Below are positions 58,642-64,000 of a stretch of DNA of 64,000 bases, one piece after another. The stretch covers positions 1 to 64,000 of the forward strand of contig JBHLQH010000005.1 of the NCBI GenBank assembly GCA_048884965.1, read 5' to 3'. The notes beneath the pieces were generated by a model, which was not told the origin of the DNA, searched no databases, and worked only from the letters and a program-made list of their open reading frames with translations. Source of the stretch: Candidatus Thorarchaeota archaeon. Lineage in GTDB: Archaea > Asgardarchaeota > Thorarchaeia > Thorarchaeales > Thorarchaeaceae. Both the position numbers and the translations under genes were made by a program. Every line of letters starts with the position of its first letter. The stretch's first letter is position 1.

Positions 58642-59340
58642 ATGAGTCACAAGTCCATTCCTGTTGATGATGGGATTGCATTACTCAGTGTGCATCATGT
58701 TACTCCCGAATTCGAAGATGCTGTTGTACAAACATGCGACCGTCTTGATGAAATCGGAATATCTGATTTCACCCTCTTGGTTACACCTTTCTACAAGATG
58801 AAACGTTCGAATGCCTTCGAGAAGCATCTATTGTTTGCCGGTTATCTTTCCTCCCTTGGGCTTGAGATATCTATGCATGGTTATTCACTTCAAACCAAAT
58901 CTGGAAGCGAAGCTGAGTTTCAGAGAATGTCTAACGAGCAGATATCCTCGCGGCTAAGAATTGGTATTAGTCTAATGAGAAAGGGTTTTGAAAGAGGTCC
59001 TGTAGGATTCATACCTCCTATGTGGCTTGCTCCGCAATCCTTGGTCAGACTATCCAAGGAATTGAAGCTGAGGTACTGTGCTTCAAGTGATACGATTTAC
59101 GATCTGCAGTCTGATATGAATCATACGACCGCCTACCATATTATAGAACAAGAGTTTCGATCTATTTCGAAAGCTGATGCATTCCTCGAACTAGAACTTG
59201 GAGGGCCGGTCCAGATTTCTCTTCATCCGAAAGCATTTCTCTCAGGTAATCTATATGATCTGATTCTGGATATGAAGGATCGACTTGGTTATCGTTTCAC
59301 AGGATATGCAAACTATCTTGAGATGAAGAGGAAAAAATAA
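58642..59340 (+). CDS. DUF2334 / polysaccharide deacetylase-like protein
   Basis: LSVHHVTP, ISMHGY, EAEF, GFIPPMW, ISLHP. Confidence 0.75.
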   Translation: MSHKSIPVDDGIALLSVHHVTPEFEDAVVQTCDRLDEIGISDFTLLVTPFYKMKRSNAFEKHLLFAGYLSSLGLEISMHGYSLQTKSGSEAEFQRMSNEQISSRLRIGISLMRKGFERGPVGFIPPMWLAPQSLVRLSKELKLRYCASSDTIYDLQSDMNHTTAYHIIEQEFRSISKADAFLELELGGPVQISLHPKAFLSGNLYDLILDMKDRLGYRFTGYANYLEMKRKK

Positions 59341-59555
59341 CGAGATTTTCTTCACATCTTCATATCTAGTAAAACCATCCGCAAATCCTTTATCTTGGTT
59401 CTGACGAAAAATCGAAAGATATGCCTCAATGACGAATGGGTTCACCGGACACAGATTATTATATACTTGATAATCAATGCATTCCTGTCTAGTGAAGAGA
59501 CTATTCAATCGGAGGAAGGTTCCACTACTGGACAAATGACAATGAGGTCATAGAA

Positions 59556-62500
59556 ATGATTGTTAGAGCGATTAGCATCAAAAAGAGAAAAAACGTTAGA
59601 GTAAGAATTCTTCAGCTTTCAACAATAGCTGTTCTTTTCCTCTTACTAGTGCCGCTTCAAACACCATTTACTGACCCGGAATTTGTCGATCCAAGAGGAA
59701 TTGAAGGGACATCGAGGAATGATTACGCGCTTGCTGATACTACAAGCTATTCTGGCTCAGGCGATTCTTTGTCCATCAGATACTCCGGTATCGTGACCAA
59801 TGTCTATGATGACACATTCGTCATCGACTCATCAACCTCCGATATTGCCAGTGTTACGATCGATGATGGCTGGACAGGTTCCGGACTGCGGACTACAATT
59901 GATACTCTCTCGCTGGATGTCAATGCTGTAAGGAACAGCGATATGAATTCCTATCATAATGAGAAATGGATAGAAGAAGGCGCATACCAGAGTGAGGATG
60001 TGACGGTTCCTGATTCATGGACACTGACCAAAGCCACTACTAATGGAGAGACTGGTCACCCCTTGCATGGCATCTTTGAGATGAATGATGTTGGCAGTTC
60101 GGGCTATTCAGGTACAATGGGCTGGAGATTCGATGCAGAGTGGTCCATAAGTGCTACTGTAAATGCTGATGATCAGATATACTTGAGTCAGCTCGTTCAT
60201 GTACCTTACAGAGAGGTCTACTCGGCTGAAATAACATTCAATTATCACGTCCTTTCCTCTTCTAGTTTGGCAGACCAAGTCTTTCTCTTCACCAGATTCA
60301 ATGGATATGAGACAGAGTTCCATGTTTTTGAGTCAGGAGACACGACTGATACATGGCTCACAGGAAGCATTACTATCCCATCTGCCCAGCTAGATGTCAT
60401 TTCAATGCCCAACTCAATTCTTCTGGAGGTAGGATTACAATCAAATGTTGCTGGAAGTCAATCAACAGCAAGGAACTCATATGTTTATGTTGATAATGTC
60501 GAGCTCAATCTGAATGTTCGACCGTTCCCAGAGCAGATTGACCTAAAGGTCAATGGAACCCTAGTTGATGGCGCAGTAGAAGGAAGCATCTATCCATATT
60601 TGGAGGATGATAGCAATAGGGACGCTCAGGATGATGACTATGGGAATGGAATCGACCTTGATGGTTATCCTTGGGGATCCGGTTCTTCTGGAGTATTATT
60701 TGTGGGTGCTTGGGGGACCAGTTGGACCGACATTGTATCATATCAAGCAGGATTTCAATTCCCCCTTGATATACCTCAAGGTGCAGTGATTACGTCTGCA
60801 TATCTTGAAGTGGAACCAGATGGGGAAATTGGACTGGCTAATTTGAGAATCTATGCCGCTGGCCAGAACTCGTCTGGTCTTCCTATCGAGAACTTTACTA
60901 CAGGTCTCCCTATAATGGAAGATCGATTCAATTGGGTCGATACAAGCGTTGATTGGACTGTCACGGATATTATTGGACCAGTTAGGATACGGCAAAGATC
61001 TCCTGATATCGCCCCTCTGCTTCAGTCCATTGTTTCGGATAGTAATTGGATGAGTGGTAATTATACATGTCTGATGCTGGACTACATGTGGGGAAGTAAC
61101 TACCAAGCTGAATGGGGCATCAAAGGCTCATCTGGTACTAGTGGTTTCACACAAGATGAACTCGCACGATTATTTGTTGAATACATGATTCCCCAATCAG
61201 AGGACACCGTATACCTAATGCAATACGAGAAAGACATTACGATACAAGCTAGTCAAGTTGTAGCTGACTTGACTGATTTTCCAGTTCTTATTGATATTTT
61301 TGATAGTGATTTGAAGACTGATGTCCAGGCTGATGGAGATGATATCGTCTTTAGACTAGGTGATGATGCTCTTGACTTCGAGATTGAAGCATTTGAGCAA
61401 GATTTCAATTTAACTCATGCTCACTTGACTGCTTGGGTTAAAATACCAAATCTCTCAAGTACTGTTGACACAGTCATCACAATGGCATATGGAAATCCGA
61501 GCGCATCCTCATCATCTTCAACAGCGGTTTGGGATGATTATGCTACAGTTAACCACCTGAAGGACGACCCGTCTGGTACTATCTATGATAGTACCTCAAA
61601 CAACTACGATGGCACGGCATATGGCACAATGGGCTCCGAAGATAGTGTTCCTGGGCTTGTAGGTAGAGGTATCGATTTTGATGGTTCTGGAACCGCTGAC
61701 ATGATTTCTATAGGTCAAATTTACACTGACGACTGGAGTGAGGTCACAATTAGTATCTGGGTAAGATCTGATTTAACGAAGGACGCTCGAGTATTCTCGA
61801 AGTCACCCTCTACGGCTACAACAGAACATATAGTCACAATGAGAGTTGACACAAGCAATCGAATGACGGCACGTATAAGAACTGATGCGGGAGGTACTTC
61901 AGTCAATAGTGTGGGTTCATTCACCCTAGGTTCATGGAATCTTCTGACATGGACTTGGAGCGCGTCATCTGGCTTTATACTTGGGTACATAAACGGAACT
62001 CAAGAGATAAACACAGCTCGATCCGGCACCACCCTTTACGATTCCATAGATGTGTTCGTTCTCGGAAACACTGACATGACTAACGACCGATATTTTGATG
62101 GAATACTAGATGAAGCACGCTTGGCAAACAGAGTTCTCCCACAAGCTTGGATTGCGACAGAATTTAATAATCAAATCGACCCTTCCTCGTTTGTTAGTGT
62201 TGGTTCTGAAAGAACACTCCAATCTACCTGGGTCGATGATTCTGAAGGCCGAGTAGTCGTATCGACAAACTCAGCCTTTCCAATCACTACTGATGTTATC
62301 TTAACTATGGATATCGAAGGGGTAGGACAATCACTTGATGTTTCATATAATCCTGGCGCAACTTTCTATGCTCGGAATGGAACAAACATCGTCGATTGGG
62401 TTGCGTACGCAATGATCTCCCCTCCAAATACAACGACCGACTTGAATGCGTACATTGATTATCCATTTACTCAATGGAACCCCGTTGCTGTGGCTAATCC

Positions 62501-64000
62501 CCTTGGACACAACAAGACATATGGCACAGATTGGGACTTCCAAGATGGAAGCATCATAGTCTACTCATCCGCAGTTGACTACTGGGGCCTCTGGAAGTTC
62601 TATTTTGAGAGCTGGAACTATGTTGAGAATATGCAGATTGGTATCAATGGACAGACACTCGGAACCACAGCTACCTTTGATGTCAATGATGTAGCTGCAT
62701 TTAGAGCAACCACACCTTGGATTACGAATGCACGAGTAGGTTTGTCTCTGACTGATCCTACAGGAAGTGAATGGCATACTGATTACGCTACTACTGGTAC
62801 CCCTGGTACAACTTGGCATGTTCCTGGTTTTCAATATCGGATGCAATTGACTGTAGCTGCATCAGGAGTCGATGCTGATGTAACAAATTATCCTATGCTC
62901 GTTAGTTTCTCAGATACTGATTTCACAAATACGGCAAAGGTTCAAGCAGATGGAGATGACTTCGTTTTCGTTCAAAATGGAGAGATACTTTCCCATGAAA
63001 TCGAACGCTTTGACCAAACCTCTGGAACATTGATCGCATGGGTAAAATGCAACCTGTCTAGTACTGTTGATAATACGCTATTGCTCTACTACGGAAATCC
63101 CGTTGTTGGTTCTACTGAGAGTCCTTGGGATTTGTGGGGTGGTAATTATGATGCTGTATATCACATGAATGAATTAGTTACAAATGAAGGCTCTGGAGAA
63201 GCTATCCACGATTCAACCGCGAACAACTACACTGGAACTCACAATGGTAATTCTCGGAATATTGGGATTGGAGCTAGCTATGGCCAATACTTCGATGGCA
63301 ATGATTACATATCGCTTAGTGAATCCCAAGCGTTCAATCCTTCTGGTGATGTAACGATTTCAGGGTGGTTCTATCTCTCAACTGCATTCGATTCCTCATC
63401 TGCAACTTCTCGTCTCTTGATTTCGAAGTATGCAAGTGGAGATGATAATTTTCATATCATTTTGGCAGGAACCGACTATACTGAAACAGGATTCTCCTCA
63501 TACGGCGCGTTGGTCTTTGGATTCGAAACGGCAGGATCAGAATATGTCAAATGGACAACCCGGGCATCTTGGAGTAGTGGGGTTTGGCATCATTTCGTTT
63601 GTGTCCTTGATTCTGACACTCCCAGCAATATCAAGATATATGCAGATGGCATTGATGTAACTTCTACGAGCTATTCTGGTAGTGCCTCATATGTAGCAAT
63701 TCCAAGTGCGGGTGATTGGGGTTTTGGTGGAGGAACTATGGACACATCTGAGATAGCCGCTGGTTCTGCATACTTTTTAGGTAACATAGATGAAATGAGA
63801 ATTTCAAGTGATCAGAAATCCTTGGGTTGGACTCAAGTATCATATGATAATATTTTTTCATCCTCTTCCTTCATCACGAAAGGAACTGAGGTTACAAAGA
63901 CATCTCCTCAACTGACGATTACGAAGACCATAGATTCGACTGCTCCTGCAGGACTTTGGACTGCTACTATGTACTACAATGACACAGGATCCTCAATAAC
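59556..64000 (+). CDS. Giant secreted/surface protein with repeated DUF2341 plus LamG modules; 3' truncated
   Basis: ATG after GAGGT, basic plus hydrophobic signal peptide; DFPVL...VQADGDD...AWVK...YGNP twice; same frame at both ends, and the track reports no terminated ORF in this frame. Confidence 0.88.
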   Translation, partial: MIVRAISIKKRKNVRVRILQLSTIAVLFLLLVPLQTPFTDPEFVDPRGIEGTSRNDYALADTTSYSGSGDSLSIRYSGIVTNVYDDTFVIDSSTSDIASVTIDDGWTGSGLRTTIDTLSLDVNAVRNSDMNSYHNEKWIEEGAYQSEDVTVPDSWTLTKATTNGETGHPLHGIFEMNDVGSSGYSGTMGWRFDAEWSISATVNADDQIYLSQLVHVPYREVYSAEITFNYHVLSSSSLADQVFLFTRFNGYETEFHVFESGDTTDTWLTGSITIPSAQLDVISMPNSILLEVGLQSNVAGSQSTARNSYVYVDNVELNLNVRPFPEQIDLKVNGTLVDGAVEGSIYPYLEDDSNRDAQDDDYGNGIDLDGYPWGSGSSGVLFVGAWGTSWTDIVSYQAGFQFPLDIPQGAVITSAYLEVEPDGEIGLANLRIYAAGQNSSGLPIENFTTGLPIMEDRFNWVDTSVDWTVTDIIGPVRIRQRSPDIAPLLQSIVSDSNWMSGNYTCLMLDYMWGSNYQAEWGIKGSSGTSGFTQDELARLFVEYMIPQSEDTVYLMQYEKDITIQASQVVADLTDFPVLIDIFDSDLKTDVQADGDDIVFRLGDDALDFEIEAFEQDFNLTHAHLTAWVKIPNLSSTVDTVITMAYGNPSASSSSSTAVWDDYATVNHLKDDPSGTIYDSTSNNYDGTAYGTMGSEDSVPGLVGRGIDFDGSGTADMISIGQIYTDDWSEVTISIWVRSDLTKDARVFSKSPSTATTEHIVTMRVDTSNRMTARIRTDAGGTSVNSVGSFTLGSWNLLTWTWSASSGFILGYINGTQEINTARSGTTLYDSIDVFVLGNTDMTNDRYFDGILDEARLANRVLPQAWIATEFNNQIDPSSFVSVGSERTLQSTWVDDSEGRVVVSTNSAFPITTDVILTMDIEGVGQSLDVSYNPGATFYARNGTNIVDWVAYAMISPPNTTTDLNAYIDYPFTQWNPVAVANPLGHNKTYGTDWDFQDGSIIVYSSAVDYWGLWKFYFESWNYVENMQIGINGQTLGTTATFDVNDVAAFRATTPWITNARVGLSLTDPTGSEWHTDYATTGTPGTTWHVPGFQYRMQLTVAASGVDADVTNYPMLVSFSDTDFTNTAKVQADGDDFVFVQNGEILSHEIERFDQTSGTLIAWVKCNLSSTVDNTLLLYYGNPVVGSTESPWDLWGGNYDAVYHMNELVTNEGSGEAIHDSTANNYTGTHNGNSRNIGIGASYGQYFDGNDYISLSESQAFNPSGDVTISGWFYLSTAFDSSSATSRLLISKYASGDDNFHIILAGTDYTETGFSSYGALVFGFETAGSEYVKWTTRASWSSGVWHHFVCVLDSDTPSNIKIYADGIDVTSTSYSGSASYVAIPSAGDWGFGGGTMDTSEIAAGSAYFLGNIDEMRISSDQKSLGWTQVSYDNIFSSSSFITKGTEVTKTSPQLTITKTIDSTAPAGLWTATMYYNDTGSSI

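Noticed and set aside
59251-59535. 94-aa minus-strand ORF
   Set aside because: Overlaps the DUF2334 gene end and the giant gene's promoter region; no recognisable motif
60108-63660. Short ORFs listed in the track across 60-64 kb
   Set aside because: Alternative-frame or antisense shadows of the single giant CDS starting at 59556

Overview
Gene-dense archaeal chromosome segment of moderate GC. Several eukaryotic-signature proteins point to an Asgard archaeon, most likely Thorarchaeia-like (inference): a Snf7/ESCRT-III subunit, a Vps22/EAP30 ESCRT-II fusion, a longin-small GTPase fusion, an NPRL2/uDENN-like longin protein, an eS25 with the eukaryotic KKW motif, and two histone types. Housekeeping genes include thrC, surE, wecB, udp, dcd, gdhA, ilvE, a tungsten AOR, cutA, AlaX, gltX, hydantoinase A/B and thiI. 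I saw no rRNA, tRNA, CRISPR array or transposon. Most notable: (1) two tandem DapA-family aldolase/formaldehyde-activating-enzyme (Fae) fusions whose Fae domains have lost complementary halves of the conserved motif set, a candidate heteromeric formaldehyde-channelling enzyme; (2) a ChlI-type AAA+ gene joined by an A9 slippery site (-1 frame) to a transmembrane hairpin plus vWA domain; (3) two unannotated guide-RNA candidates, a C/D sRNA resembling snR38/SNORD1 and an H/ACA-like hairpin complementary to 23S helix 69; (4) probable ATT initiation in two genes; (5) a divergent GTPase/longin/ESCRT-II locus; (6) a >1480-aa secreted DUF2341/LamG protein absent from the ORF track because it runs off the window. 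All family calls come from motif recognition by eye; no searches were run.
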